Source: a candidate division TA06 bacterium JGI_Cruoil_03_38_101
GTDB lineage: Bacteria; Hydrothermota; UBA3072
Assembly (NCBI GenBank): GCA_002215665.1
Contig: NGFL01000063.1
Location: forward strand, 8,049-72,048
Length of the DNA: 64,000 bases
Direction of reading: 5' to 3'
Positions 9,271 to 19,733 of this stretch are shown piece by piece (within the stretch, counting starts at the first letter, position 1; each line of letters starts with the position of its first letter). The translations under genes and the position numbers were made by a program. The notes beneath the pieces are model-generated. The model ran no database searches, was not told the DNA's origin, and saw nothing but the letters and a program-made list of their open reading frames with translations.

Positions 9271-10530
9271 ATGAATATTCTTTTATTGCTATTTGGAACT
9301 ACAGTAATGATAGGGGAAATAGAAGGGATTATTGGTCCAGTAACTGCAAACTATGCAACCCGTGTAATCAAAAGAGCAGAGGGTGAGAATGCAGAAGCCT
9401 TAATATTCCTTATTGATACACCTGGAGGTCTGGATGAGGCAATGAGGTCGATAATAAAGGAAGAATTGAATTCTTCTGTTCCTATAGTTGTTTATGTGCA
9501 TCCATCTGGAGCAAGGGATGCTTCAGCCGGGGTATTTATTACACTTGCAGCTCATATTGCCGCTATGACTTCCGGAACCAATATAGGAGCAGCCCATCCT
9601 GTAGCTATTTCCCCCGGAGGTGGAGGAGAGCAGAAAATAGATAAGACTATGGAGGAAAAGATAACTCAGGATGCAGTGGCCTATATACGGTCTATCGCTG
9701 AAAAGAAAGGAAGGAACGCTGACTGGGCTGAGAAGGCTGTCAGGAAATCTGCATCTATAACCGCGAAAGAGGCTTTAAAGTTGAATGTAATCGATTTTAT
9801 TGCTTCTTCGGTGGATGAATTATTGGAAAAAATAGATGGTATGGAGGTAACATTACCACAGGGAACTAAAAAACTGAATACGAAGGGTGCAGAGAAGAAA
9901 AGGATTCCAATGAACTGGAAGGAAGACTTCTTGAAGTTGATATCTAATCCAAATGTTGCGTATATCCTATTTATTCTAGGATTCTACGGTCTTATATTCG
10001 AGGTAACACATCCTGGTGCTATTATACCGGGTTTCCTTGGCGCCCTCTCCCTTGTCCTGGCCTTCTTCGCCTTTCAGACCCTTCCGGTTAATTATGCTGG
10101 AGTTGCACTGATTATCCTTGGAATTGCTATGTTTGTTATGGAGATCCTAACACCCACTTTTGGGCCATTAACTATAGGAGGAATAATTGCAATGACATTG
10201 GGTTCTATGATGTTGATAAATACCAGTGCTAAATTTCTGCAGATATCCAGACCAATAATCCTTGCCGTGGTTGGCACGACTGCAGCATTCTTCTTATTTG
10301 CCTTAGGAGCATTGATAAAGGCTATGAGGAGAAGACCTACCACAGGGAAGGAGGGTTTCATAGGGGAGGTAGGAAAAGCAGTAAGTGCTATTAACTCCAC
10401 CGAAGGGAAAGTATTTGTTCGAGGAGAGTACTGGAATGCTTTCTCGGATAAGAAAATCAAAGAAGGAGAAGAGGTGGAGGTCGTTGAGATTGATCGTTTA
10501 AAACTTAAAGTCAGAGAAAAGGAGGTATAA
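9271..10530 (+). CDS. nfeD: NfeD-like membrane-bound ClpP-class serine protease
   Basis: 419 aa; N-terminal ClpP-fold ([10 protein letters not shown]), central multi-TM region, C-terminal OB-fold; followed by a stomatin gene (classic NfeD-SPFH pair). Confidence 0.85.
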   Translation: MNILLLLFGTTVMIGEIEGIIGPVTANYATRVIKRAEGENAEALIFLIDTPGGLDEAMRSIIKEELNSSVPIVVYVHPSGARDASAGVFITLAAHIAAMTSGTNIGAAHPVAISPGGGGEQKIDKTMEEKITQDAVAYIRSIAEKKGRNADWAEKAVRKSASITAKEALKLNVIDFIASSVDELLEKIDGMEVTLPQGTKKLNTKGAEKKRIPMNWKEDFLKLISNPNVAYILFILGFYGLIFEVTHPGAIIPGFLGALSLVLAFFAFQTLPVNYAGVALIILGIAMFVMEILTPTFGPLTIGGIIAMTLGSMMLINTSAKFLQISRPIILAVVGTTAAFFLFALGALIKAMRRRPTTGKEGFIGEVGKAVSAINSTEGKVFVRGEYWNAFSDKKIKEGEEVEVVEIDRLKLKVREKEV

Positions 10531-11354
10531 TGGGTTTTGGTCCATTAATAGTTGTTGTAATAATAGTTCTAATACTCCTCGCTAATGCAATAAACATCCT
10601 TCAGGAATATGAAAGAGCGGTTGTATTTCGTCTTGGCAGGTTTGTTGGAGTTCGCGGTCCTGGCTTTGTTCTTATTATCCCATTTATTGAAAGGATTGTC
10701 CGTGTAAGTCTTCGTGTTGTAACCCTTGATGTTCCAACCCAGGATGTGATAACGAGGGATAATGTATCGGTCCAGGTGAACGCTGTTGTCTATTTCAGAG
10801 TTATGGAACCTGAAAAGGCAATTATTGAAGTTCAAGACTATCAATTTGCAACCTCTCAGATATCCCAGACAACTCTTAGATCAGTTGTTGGTAGTGTTGA
10901 GTTGGACGGGCTTCTATCAGAACGGGATAAACTAAATAAAGAACTCCAGGCCATCATAGATAAACAGACAGATCCCTGGGGTATAAAGGTTTCCACTGTT
11001 GAGATAAAACATGTTGACCTACCTAAGGATATGCAGAGGGCGATGGCGCGCCAGGCAGAATCAGAAAGAGATAGAAGAGCAAGGGTTATTAATGCGATGG
11101 GAGAATATCAGGCTGCAGAGAAGTTGGTAGCTGCTGCACAATTGATGGAAAAATCTGGTATTACAATTCAATTGCGCTACTTACAGACATTGAGTGAGAT
11201 CGCTGCAGAGCACAATTCCACAACCTTATTCCCTATCCCAATTGATCTCTTTAAACCTTTCCTGAACCTATTCAAAGGGGAAAGAGTAGCTGCTAATGTA
11301 AATCCAGAGGGCTTCATCACTAATGATGATGAAGAGGAAGGAGAGAAAGCATAA
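10530..11354 (+). CDS. SPFH/band-7 stomatin-like protein
   Basis: 274 aa; N-terminal TM then SPFH domain ([28 protein letters not shown]...). Confidence 0.9.
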   Translation: MGFGPLIVVVIIVLILLANAINILQEYERAVVFRLGRFVGVRGPGFVLIIPFIERIVRVSLRVVTLDVPTQDVITRDNVSVQVNAVVYFRVMEPEKAIIEVQDYQFATSQISQTTLRSVVGSVELDGLLSERDKLNKELQAIIDKQTDPWGIKVSTVEIKHVDLPKDMQRAMARQAESERDRRARVINAMGEYQAAEKLVAAAQLMEKSGITIQLRYLQTLSEIAAEHNSTTLFPIPIDLFKPFLNLFKGERVAANVNPEGFITNDDEEEGEKA

Positions 11355-11399
11355 ACGGCTAAGGGAAAGGTAAGCTGGATTACTTACTACTTCCCACCT

Positions 11400-12542
11400 A
11401 TGGGTATGGGGGGTATTCAACGAGTCTATAATATACCCAGGAATCTAAAAAAAATAGGGTGGGATATTAATGTGTATACCCCTTATCCCCCTTCAGGTTA
11501 TCCAAGAGGTGAAAATCTTCCTTCTGAGGATAACTTGAATGTTATAAGGTTTTTTTCCCCAGACCCTCTACACCTTCTTCCAGGAAGTGTTTCAAAACCA
11601 GGCAGTGGGAAAAGAGATTATCTCTCCTTCCCGGATAATAAAGTTCCCTGCCTTCCCTTCCTCTGGAAAAATCTCAAGACTGCGGATGTAGTTGTAACTT
11701 CTTCACCGCCTTTTTCGCTTCTTCTTACAGGTTTTAAAATCAAAAATACTCCTTGGGTAATTGACTACCGTGATCCTTGGACTGGCAGTTACCTCGGACG
11801 GTATCTATTTAGATGGGAAGAAAATCTTGCAAAAGCAGTTGAAAAATATTGCATTCATAAGTCTTCTGCTGTAGTTACAGTTACGGAAAAGATTATGGAA
11901 TATTTAACCCATCAATATCCAGAAGATAGGGAGAAGATCCATTTGATCAGAAACGGTTATGATGGAGATGATTTCCCAAAATCTTTCAAAAGAGAGAAGG
12001 ATAACAACACAGTTATAACTTATATGGGAACCTTTAACAATCTCGTTACCCCCGATCTTATTTTTGAGGCTTTTAGAGAGCTATTCAAGATAAAACCTGA
12101 TATCAAGGATAATATCGTTTTCAAACACATTGGATATTCGAGTGTTGGAGGTTTAGATAGAAGGGCAAATAAAGTTGAACTTAAGAAATTTATATCCACA
12201 GGTTATCTGCCTCACAAGGAGGCTTTATCAGAACTAATGGATTCAGACATCCTCCTTTTATTGGGAGGGAAGAGAGACGAGGGGAATTGGATTGTGACAG
12301 GAAAGATTTATGAGTATCTTCGCTCAGGGCTTCCTATTGTTGCAGTGACAAATAACAAAGAGATTCAGAACCTCGTCAACTCATCTGGATTAATAATTGA
12401 TTTTGAACCAGAATCTATTGCTCGAGGAATTCTCAAGGTCATTCTGAATCCAGATTCCTTCAAACCCGTGTCCAACTACAAGGATTATTCATGGGAAAAC
12501 CTAAGCAGGAAATACGCAAACCTCCTATCATCAGTTTTGTAG
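11400..12542 (+). CDS. Glycosyltransferase family 4-like (true start probably upstream at ATT 11379, see findings)
   Basis: 380 aa; N-terminal YYFPPMGMGGIQRV (YYPP..GG motif) and C-terminal EYLRSGLPIVAV typical of GT4/GT1 fold. Confidence 0.6.
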   Translation: MGMGGIQRVYNIPRNLKKIGWDINVYTPYPPSGYPRGENLPSEDNLNVIRFFSPDPLHLLPGSVSKPGSGKRDYLSFPDNKVPCLPFLWKNLKTADVVVTSSPPFSLLLTGFKIKNTPWVIDYRDPWTGSYLGRYLFRWEENLAKAVEKYCIHKSSAVVTVTEKIMEYLTHQYPEDREKIHLIRNGYDGDDFPKSFKREKDNNTVITYMGTFNNLVTPDLIFEAFRELFKIKPDIKDNIVFKHIGYSSVGGLDRRANKVELKKFISTGYLPHKEALSELMDSDILLLLGGKRDEGNWIVTGKIYEYLRSGLPIVAVTNNKEIQNLVNSSGLIIDFEPESIARGILKVILNPDSFKPVSNYKDYSWENLSRKYANLLSSVL

Positions 12543-13363
12543 TTGTAAATTATAATGGTGGAAAATACTTAAGAAATTGCCTTTCCTCAATAAAATCCCA
12601 GGCTGTAGAGGCTGAGTGTATCGTTGTTGACAATGGATCATGGGATAATTCCCGAGAGGTAATTGAAGAATTCAACGTTAAAGCAGTTTTTAATAAGAGG
12701 AATAGAGGCTATCCTGAAGGTGTAAATCAGGGGTTAAAAAGAGCGAGAGGTAATTATATATTCCTTCTAACTCCCACAACTTATCTCCAAGAAGATACAG
12801 GATGCAGGATGATTAAAGCGGGCAGAGAAGGTAATATTGGAGTTGTTGCACCCAAGATAGTTGATAATGGAGGCAATGTAATCCATTCGATCAGGGCTAT
12901 CCCTACCTCTCTATCGTTTATCTGGGAACTATTTGGTGGTTCCATGTTATTTCCGAGGATACAATTCTTTAGACCCTGGAAACTTCCTCATTTTGATTAT
13001 TCCAAAAGAGGGGAAGTCGAACAACCAATGTCCTGTGCCCTACTAATAAAAAAGGAAGTGATTGAAGAAGTTGGATTCTTTGATACAAATTTTTTTCTTT
13101 ATTTTTCCGATGTTGATTTTTCAAAGAGGGTCCTTAAGAAATACAGGATATTTTATCTTCCCGATGCTGTTGCAATTCATAAGAGAGGAGGAATTACACA
13201 GAGTCTTGGCCCGAAGCAAATTCTTTTTTTTCACAGGGATCTAATCCAGTATCTTAAGAAACATCATCCTGTTGCTCTCTACTTCCTTGGTATGCCAATT
13301 ATAGCTGTTGGAGAAATTAGGTATCTATTCGTTAAAATTCTTCAGTTTTTTCAAAAAACTTGA
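12491..13363 (+). CDS. Glycosyltransferase family 2
   Basis: 290 aa; ISFVVVNYNG...DNGSWDNS (DxD-type) GT-A fold signature. Confidence 0.75.
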   Translation: MGKPKQEIRKPPIISFVVVNYNGGKYLRNCLSSIKSQAVEAECIVVDNGSWDNSREVIEEFNVKAVFNKRNRGYPEGVNQGLKRARGNYIFLLTPTTYLQEDTGCRMIKAGREGNIGVVAPKIVDNGGNVIHSIRAIPTSLSFIWELFGGSMLFPRIQFFRPWKLPHFDYSKRGEVEQPMSCALLIKKEVIEEVGFFDTNFFLYFSDVDFSKRVLKKYRIFYLPDAVAIHKRGGITQSLGPKQILFFHRDLIQYLKKHHPVALYFLGMPIIAVGEIRYLFVKILQFFQKT

Positions 13364-13462
13364 GCTTTGTGGAGAATTAATTTCTTACCTTGATAATTAT
13401 TAGGATAATATTAATATCATCCAAAGAATGATGTGATTTAGTTAGATAAAAGGAGAAAACGA

Positions 13463-14701
13463 ATGAAAAGAGTTGGTATTATAACAAAAGGTAGTAGCGA
13501 AATGATGCGAAAATCTTTTGAGAATACATTTTACAAATTCATGGAAAAACCAGAACCGAGATTCGATGAGGATTTTGGCATTTATGTTCATGTTCCATTC
13601 TGTCCAACAAAATGTTCTTTCTGCCCTTTTTATAAAGAATTATTCGCTGAAGAATTGAAAGAACAATATATGGAGGCAATTTGTGGGGAAATAGAAGAAA
13701 CAGATATGGAGGGACAATCAAGATGGGTTTATTTTGGGGGTGGGTCTCCAAATACTTTAACAATAGATGAGTTAGGGAGAATAGTTGGTTGCTTTGAGAG
13801 TAAAGTTAAAATAGAGGAAATGGGTATTGAATTACTGCCGATATTTGTAAGCTTTGAGTATTTAAGGGGTCTTAAAGAATGCGGATTCACAAAAATAAGT
13901 ATAGGGGTTGAGAGTTTTTCTAAAGAGGTAATATGTAAAACAGGGAGAAAAACTTCCACTTATGAGCATTTAAAGCAAATTATTGAGTTTGCTCGATCTC
14001 TTGGGTTATGGGTAAATGTGGATATGATGGTCGGTCTTCCAGATCAAGATTCAAACATATTTAGAAAGGATATTCAAAGGATAGCAACAATTTATCCTGA
14101 TCAGATAACTATATATCCATTTATGGTTATAGGAAGAATGAAGGCAACCCCTGGTATACCTGCAGATGAACAGTTTCAGCTCATTGAAGAAGTTGGAGAG
14201 AGATTATCTAAAAATGGTTATGGTAGAAAGGGCGTCTGGACTTTTACTCTCGGAGACGATATTTACGATTCCTCAAGAGATGAACTGACTGAGGATTATG
14301 CTGGATTCGGACCATCCGCTTTCTCAACTTATGGAAACTGGAAAGTGGTAAATCCTGAAATAGAAGTCTATCTTAAGGATTTTGAAAATGGCAAGAAAAT
14401 GGGATTTGTTGCCAAAAAGAGTAAAGCAAGCGATGAATGGAGAAAATTTGCGAGGATGATTTACGATCTGAGATACGATAATAGTTTTGAGTTTCCGTTT
14501 TATATTAAGTCTTTTATCTCCCTTATGAAACTTACAGGGTATATTAAAGGGGAAAGTCTAACTGAGAAAGGCAAGATTTTCGCTCATAAGATAACCAAAA
14601 CCGTTGTGGAATCCCTACCATTTCCAATCCAGAAACCTGATTGTATCGAAAATTACAATGAATACATTTCGTATAAAAACACCATCCTAACTTCAAATTA
14701 A
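13463..14701 (+). CDS. Radical SAM protein, HemN/HemW (coproporphyrinogen III oxidase-like) family
   Basis: 412 aa; CPTKCSFCPF CxxxCxxC motif near the N-terminus; overall HemN-like length. Confidence 0.7.
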   Translation: MKRVGIITKGSSEMMRKSFENTFYKFMEKPEPRFDEDFGIYVHVPFCPTKCSFCPFYKELFAEELKEQYMEAICGEIEETDMEGQSRWVYFGGGSPNTLTIDELGRIVGCFESKVKIEEMGIELLPIFVSFEYLRGLKECGFTKISIGVESFSKEVICKTGRKTSTYEHLKQIIEFARSLGLWVNVDMMVGLPDQDSNIFRKDIQRIATIYPDQITIYPFMVIGRMKATPGIPADEQFQLIEEVGERLSKNGYGRKGVWTFTLGDDIYDSSRDELTEDYAGFGPSAFSTYGNWKVVNPEIEVYLKDFENGKKMGFVAKKSKASDEWRKFARMIYDLRYDNSFEFPFYIKSFISLMKLTGYIKGESLTEKGKIFAHKITKTVVESLPFPIQKPDCIENYNEYISYKNTILTSN

Positions 14702-14712
14702 AAGGAGGTAAT

Positions 14713-15291
14713 ATGAGAAGAGGGTTTTTTCTTTTGCCTGTTTTTGTTTTATCAATAAACCTGCTGGCATTTAATCAGATGGAATATGCAAAAAAGCAAG
14801 ATGACATAGTAGTTATTAAGACTGACTATGGCACCATCCAAATTGCTATGTTTAAAGATAAAGCGCCGAGAAATGTCCAGAATATTATTAAATTGGTGAA
14901 GGAGGGTTTCTATAATGGGTCTACCTTTCACCGTGTTATCCCTGGTTTTGTCATTCAGGGAGGAGACCCTAACACGAAGGATAATGATCCTTCCAATGAT
15001 GGATATGGGGGCCCAGGTTACTACATAGAAGATGAGTTCTCAAAAGATCTTCATCATCTACCAGGGACCATTGCAATGGCAAAGGCAAAACCTGATCAAA
15101 ATGGCTCCCAGTTTTACATCTGTCTGGATACATTAAAATATCTTGATGGAAAATACACCATTGTAGGGCAACTCATAGAAGGGATGGATGTAGTCTTTAA
15201 GATATCCCAGGTTAAGACAGATAAAAAGGATCGTCCCATAAAAGATGTCATTATGAAAAAGGTCTATCTAAGGGAAAAAGAAAGAAAGTAG
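14713..15291 (+). CDS. Peptidyl-prolyl cis-trans isomerase, cyclophilin type, with signal peptide
   Basis: 192 aa; FHRVIPGFVIQGGDP and MAKA..P...GSQFYI cyclophilin motifs; N-terminal hydrophobic signal. Confidence 0.9.
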   Translation: MRRGFFLLPVFVLSINLLAFNQMEYAKKQDDIVVIKTDYGTIQIAMFKDKAPRNVQNIIKLVKEGFYNGSTFHRVIPGFVIQGGDPNTKDNDPSNDGYGGPGYYIEDEFSKDLHHLPGTIAMAKAKPDQNGSQFYICLDTLKYLDGKYTIVGQLIEGMDVVFKISQVKTDKKDRPIKDVIMKKVYLREKERK

Positions 15292-15313
15292 TGAGTGATA
15301 AAGAGGAGGGAAA

Positions 15314-16468
15314 ATGTTATTGTTAAAGAATGGAGAGGTTCATACCCCTTTTGATGTAAAAAAGAACTGCGATATCCTTATCGATAAGGGAAAAATAAAA
15401 AAAGTTGGTATGGATATCGAAGATAATGCCAGGGTAATTGATGTATCAGGAAAGATTGTAACCCCGGGTCTAATCGATGCCCACTGCCATGTTGGAATCT
15501 ATGAAGAAGCAATTGGTGAACCCGGTGCTGATGGCAATGAAATGACGGATCCAATAACCCCCCATCTTCGAGCAATAGATGCGATAAATCCCCTGGATCT
15601 CGGTTTTAAGGATGCATACCAGGCTGGAATAACATCCCTCTTGACAGGCCCTGGGAGCGGAAATGTTATTGGAGGTCAAAACCTCGTTGTAAAGACAGCA
15701 GGTTCACCCATTATCGATGAGAGAGTTGTGCTGGATCCTGCAGGGATGAAGATGGCTCTCGGTGAAAACCCAAAAAAGGTTTACAGCGAACAGAAAAAGG
15801 CCCCCTCAACCAGGATGGCGAATGCGGCTCTTCTTAGAGAAGCTCTTTCCAAGGCAAAAGAATACCTTGAAAAGAAGGAAAAAGGGAATAATGAAGCTCC
15901 GGGTTACGATGCAAAATCAGAAGCCCTTTCTATGGTTCTAAAGAAGGAAATCCCGATTCGGGGACATTCTCACCGAGCAGATGATATGGCAACATTTATA
16001 AGAATAAGGGACGAATTTGGGGTTGACCTGGTGATAGAACATGGAACAGAATCCCATTTAATAGCGGATTTTGTAGCAAAAAAGGGTGTACCAATTGTGG
16101 TTGGGCCTTCCCTTTCTGCAAGAACAAAGGTTGAACTGAGAGAGATCTCATTCAAGACTTCGAGAATTCTATACGAAAAGGGGGTTCTCTTTGCAATAAT
16201 GACTGATGCACCAGTTATACCCATAAATTCTTTACCTCTTATGGTTGGCTATTCCATCAAAGAAGGTCTTCCCTGGGAAGAGGGTCTTAAGGCAGTAACC
16301 TATAATGCTGCAAAGATCTGTGGGGTATCCAACCGCATTGGTTCCATAAAAGAAGGGATGGATGCAGATGTTGCAGTCTTTGATGGAGATCCATTCTCCT
16401 TAAAGGGTAAATGTGTTTATACAATTATAGATGGAAAAGTGGTGTGGAAGAGGAAAGACAAGAAGTAA
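15314..16468 (+). CDS. Metal-dependent amidohydrolase family protein
   Basis: 384 aa; PGLIDAHCHVG metal-binding HxH motif, TIM-barrel amidohydrolase layout; substrate not assignable. Confidence 0.65.
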   Translation: MLLLKNGEVHTPFDVKKNCDILIDKGKIKKVGMDIEDNARVIDVSGKIVTPGLIDAHCHVGIYEEAIGEPGADGNEMTDPITPHLRAIDAINPLDLGFKDAYQAGITSLLTGPGSGNVIGGQNLVVKTAGSPIIDERVVLDPAGMKMALGENPKKVYSEQKKAPSTRMANAALLREALSKAKEYLEKKEKGNNEAPGYDAKSEALSMVLKKEIPIRGHSHRADDMATFIRIRDEFGVDLVIEHGTESHLIADFVAKKGVPIVVGPSLSARTKVELREISFKTSRILYEKGVLFAIMTDAPVIPINSLPLMVGYSIKEGLPWEEGLKAVTYNAAKICGVSNRIGSIKEGMDADVAVFDGDPFSLKGKCVYTIIDGKVVWKRKDKK

Positions 16469-16472
16469 AAAA

Positions 16473-16555
16473 TGCGGAAGAGGGGATTCGAACCCCTATG
16501 GCTAAAAGCCACTGGACCCTGAACCCAGCGCGTCTACCTATTCCGCCACTTCCGC
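16473..16555 (-). tRNA. tRNA-Leu (anticodon CAG)
   Basis: Reverse complement reads GCGGAAGTGGCGGAATAGGTAGACGCGCTGGGTTCAGGGTCCAG + long variable arm + GGGGTTCGAATCCCCTCTTCCGCA; anticodon loop UUCAGGG. Confidence 0.85.
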
Positions 16556-16567
16556 TTGTGTAAATAA

Positions 16568-16595
16568 AATATAGTGAATCATTCTTTACTGTCAA
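16568..16595 (-). promoter_or_regulatory. sigma70-like promoter for tRNA-Leu (TTGACA-16-TATATT on minus strand)
   Basis: Minus-strand TTGACA (plus 16590-16595) and TATATT (plus 16568-16573); TSS a few nt before the tRNA 5' end. Confidence 0.45.
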
Positions 16596-16611
16596 GACTC
16601 TTATTGTGTGC

Positions 16612-16639
16612 TTGACAAAAGAGAGTATATTGATATTAT
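16612..16639 (+). promoter_or_regulatory. sigma70-like promoter (TTGACA-16-TATTAT) immediately upstream of the ExeA-like gene
   Basis: TTGACA 16612-16617, TATTAT 16634-16639; ATG at 16648 with no Shine-Dalgarno, suggesting a leaderless transcript. Confidence 0.4.
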
Positions 16640-16647
16640 TTATATAA

Positions 16648-17478
16648 ATGGATTACGAGACTTTTTACGGTTTTAGGGAAAAACCTTTTTCAACTTCTCC
16701 TGATGAGAGATTTTATTATAATAGCCCTCAGCATTCAAAAGCCATGAAGAAGCTTATGCATGGGGTTGAAAATGGTTTAGGTCTCTGTATTCTTGTTGCA
16801 GACATTGGGATGGGGAAAACCACTCTTGCAAGGAGAATGTTAAGCCTCTTTTCTTCTAATAACGATTATGAGGTATCACTCCTTGTGATAGTTCATCCTG
16901 ATATCACTGCCGGATGGTTTTTGAAGAAGATATCCCTTCAACTGGGTGTGGAAGTTGGGGGTGAGGAACGATTAGATTTAATATCCGGTCTTTATGAAAA
17001 ATTGAGTGAATACTATAATAATGGCAAAAAAATTGCAGTTATCATAGATGAGGCGAATATGCTTCGAGGTAGAGATACAATGGAGGAAATTCGCGGACTC
17101 CTGAATATCGAGACCCAGTCCATGCACCTCTTAAATTTCCTGCTTTTTGGCTTGCCTGAAATGGAAGAGCATCTACGTCAGGATGAAGCCCTTTACCAGC
17201 GAATTGCTATAAGGACTACCCTTATACCTTTGAGTCCCAGATCCGTTGAGAGATATATAATACATCGGATAAAGGTTGCAGGAGGTGAACAGATACCGTT
17301 TACCCAGGATTGTTTCAAGTTGATTCATGAATATTCCGGAGGTAGGCCAAGAATGATTAACATAATCTGTGAGAATGCCCTTCTTGAAGGTTTTCTTGAG
17401 AATAAAAAAGAGATCGGTCCAGATCTTATAGAGATCGTTCTTAAGGATTTTGCATTACTAAAGGATGAGAATGATTGA
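16648..17478 (+). CDS. ExeA/GspA/MshM-family AAA ATPase (AAA_22)
   Basis: 276 aa; N-terminal FYGFREKPFSTSPDERFYYNSPQH and Walker A VADIGMGKTTLARR typical of ExeA/MshM. Confidence 0.7.
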   Translation: MDYETFYGFREKPFSTSPDERFYYNSPQHSKAMKKLMHGVENGLGLCILVADIGMGKTTLARRMLSLFSSNNDYEVSLLVIVHPDITAGWFLKKISLQLGVEVGGEERLDLISGLYEKLSEYYNNGKKIAVIIDEANMLRGRDTMEEIRGLLNIETQSMHLLNFLLFGLPEMEEHLRQDEALYQRIAIRTTLIPLSPRSVERYIIHRIKVAGGEQIPFTQDCFKLIHEYSGGRPRMINIICENALLEGFLENKKEIGPDLIEIVLKDFALLKDEND

Positions 17479-18238
17479 ATTTATAAAAGGAGAGGGAGGG
17501 GGGAATGATTTTGTCCTTATTCCTCACAAAGATAATTTTAACTTTTCCAAGTTTGCTTCCAGGATCCTTCGGAGGGGTTTCTCAGTGGGGGGAGATGGGC
17601 TTATTGTAATGGATGGGAAAAGGATGAGATTCTTCAATCCCGACGGGAGAGAGGTTCCTTTCTGTGGAAATGGGGTTAGGGTCTTTTTCTATCTTCTTTA
17701 TCTGCAGGGAAAGGTGAAAGAGAAAGGAGAAATAAAAACAGGTGCAGGAGAGGTTAAACTTACTTGCAATGATAAAGGTATGGTAGGTGCTCTGATGCCT
17801 GAGATCGAGATTGGGAGGAGAATGGAGGATGGGGTAATGATATATTGTGGGGTTCCTCATCTCGTGATCCATTCTGATAAAGTAGAAGATATTGATGTAG
17901 AGAAAGAGGGGAAACGACTCTCTACTCTTCAAAATGAGGGGAATAACGTTGATTGGTTTTCAAAAGATGATTGGGTTTTATCTGTAAGGACCTTTGAGAG
18001 AGGGGTTGAGAAAGAAACACTCTCCTGCGCTTCTGGAATCGCTTCGGTTTCCTATTTTTTGATGAAAGCAACAGGAAGAAAAAAGTTCAGAATAAAGACC
18101 AAGGGAGGGGATTTCGAGGTATTTTTAGATAATAAACTGGCTAATAGACTCTGGCTTAAAGGTAATGTTAAAATAGTATTTAAGGGCAATCTTCTTGAAA
18201 AGGAGGAGTCTTGGGTAAAGGAAGAAATTATGATTTAG
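17465..18238 (+). CDS. dapF: Diaminopimelate epimerase
   Basis: 257 aa; GNDFVLI, NPDGREVPFCGNG (catalytic Cys), GVPHLV, SCASG (second catalytic Cys). Confidence 0.8.
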   Translation: MRMIEFIKGEGGGNDFVLIPHKDNFNFSKFASRILRRGFSVGGDGLIVMDGKRMRFFNPDGREVPFCGNGVRVFFYLLYLQGKVKEKGEIKTGAGEVKLTCNDKGMVGALMPEIEIGRRMEDGVMIYCGVPHLVIHSDKVEDIDVEKEGKRLSTLQNEGNNVDWFSKDDWVLSVRTFERGVEKETLSCASGIASVSYFLMKATGRKKFRIKTKGGDFEVFLDNKLANRLWLKGNVKIVFKGNLLEKEESWVKEEIMI

Positions 18239-19659
18239 GTTTGACCTTTGATGATGTTTTCTTAAAACCCCGGTATTCATCCGTTCTTCCCAGAGAGACT
18301 AACCTTTGCAGTCGTTTCAGCAGGAATATTGGTCTACGCATTCCTATAGTATCTGCAGCGATGGATACAGTTACAGAAAAAGAAATGGCTATAGCAGTTG
18401 CCCTCCATGGGGGGCTTGGAATTATCCATAAGAATATGTCTATTGAAGGGCAGGCGGATCAGGTGAGAAAGGTAAAGAGATATGAAAGTGTTCTAATCCC
18501 TGATCCAATAACTGTTCTTCCTTCTGCGACGATCAAGGAAGTTGAAGAAACTATGAAACATTACAATATCTCGGGGGTTCCTGTGGTAGATGGTGAAGGG
18601 AAAATACAGGGCATAGTGACAAAGAGGGATCTAATATTTGAAGATGACGAATCAAAGAGGATTAAAGAGGTGATGACATCGAAGAGCGAACTCGTAACAG
18701 GGGAGAAAGGTATTTCCTTAGAAGAGGTGAAGAAGACCCTCAGAAAACACAGGATTGAAAAGTTACCCCTGGTTGATAAGGAAGAACATCTTACAGGTTT
18801 GATAACCCTGAGAGATATCCTTAAGAGGAAAGAGTTTCCCAAGGCAAACATAGATGAGAAAGGAAGGCTATATTGTGGGGCTGCTGTTGGGGTTGACCCA
18901 GATACATCCGAAAGGGCGGAAGAACTTCTAAAAGCAGGCATCGATTGTTTAGTTGTAGATACAGCTCACGGTCATACAAAGAAAGTTATTGAAATTACGA
19001 AGAAGCTTAGAAAAATTTGTGATTGTGATTTAATGGTAGGAAATATAGCAACAGGAGAAGCAGCAAAGGATCTTCTCAGGCTGGATATAGATGGTATAAA
19101 GGTAGGTGTTGGACCAGGTTCTATCTGCACGACAAGGGTGATAACCGGCGTTGGTATCCCACAAATAACTGCAATACAGAATGTCGCTCAAACACTTAAC
19201 CATGAGATTCCTATCATCGCAGATGGAGGGATTAGATTTTCAGGTGATATTACAAAAGCTATTGCTGCTGGATCGGATTCGGTGATGATTGGTGCTCTTC
19301 TTTCTGGAACCGATGAGGCCCCTGGTGATTCTATACTCCTTGAAGGTAGAAGATTTAAAGTTTATAGAGGTATGGGTTCTGTGGATGCTATGAAGGAAGG
19401 AAGTAAGGACAGATATTTCCAGACAGGTAAATTGGTCCCGGAAGGTGTTGTTGCCCGCGTTCCCTATAAGGGACCGGTGAGTGAAGTGATCTTCCAACTT
19501 GTAGGAGGTCTTCGTTCTGGAATGGGTTATGTTGGTGCGAGGTCTATCAAGGAATTAAGAGAGAGAGCAGAATTTATTCAGGTGACCTCCGCAGGTCTTA
19601 AGGAGAGTCATCCACATGATATTAAGATATCAAAGGAACCACCCAACTACGAAATTTAG
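18211..19659 (+). CDS. guaB: IMP dehydrogenase
   Basis: 482 aa; [12 protein letters not shown]-terminus, tandem CBS domains, catalytic loop [11 protein letters not shown]. Confidence 0.95.
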   Translation: MGKGRNYDLGLTFDDVFLKPRYSSVLPRETNLCSRFSRNIGLRIPIVSAAMDTVTEKEMAIAVALHGGLGIIHKNMSIEGQADQVRKVKRYESVLIPDPITVLPSATIKEVEETMKHYNISGVPVVDGEGKIQGIVTKRDLIFEDDESKRIKEVMTSKSELVTGEKGISLEEVKKTLRKHRIEKLPLVDKEEHLTGLITLRDILKRKEFPKANIDEKGRLYCGAAVGVDPDTSERAEELLKAGIDCLVVDTAHGHTKKVIEITKKLRKICDCDLMVGNIATGEAAKDLLRLDIDGIKVGVGPGSICTTRVITGVGIPQITAIQNVAQTLNHEIPIIADGGIRFSGDITKAIAAGSDSVMIGALLSGTDEAPGDSILLEGRRFKVYRGMGSVDAMKEGSKDRYFQTGKLVPEGVVARVPYKGPVSEVIFQLVGGLRSGMGYVGARSIKELRERAEFIQVTSAGLKESHPHDIKISKEPPNYEI

Positions 19660-19733
19660 GATGAAAAGGATTGATTCTATAGTGTATAAAGATTTTATTG
19701 ATAGGTTAAAGAATCAATATCTCTGGAGGTGAG

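Noticed and set aside
19669-19725. Inverted repeat attgattct ... agaatcaat after guaB, upstream of hslV
   Set aside because: The loop is ~32 nt and there is no T-run, so it is not a credible intrinsic terminator. It could be a protein-binding site but there is no supporting evidence.
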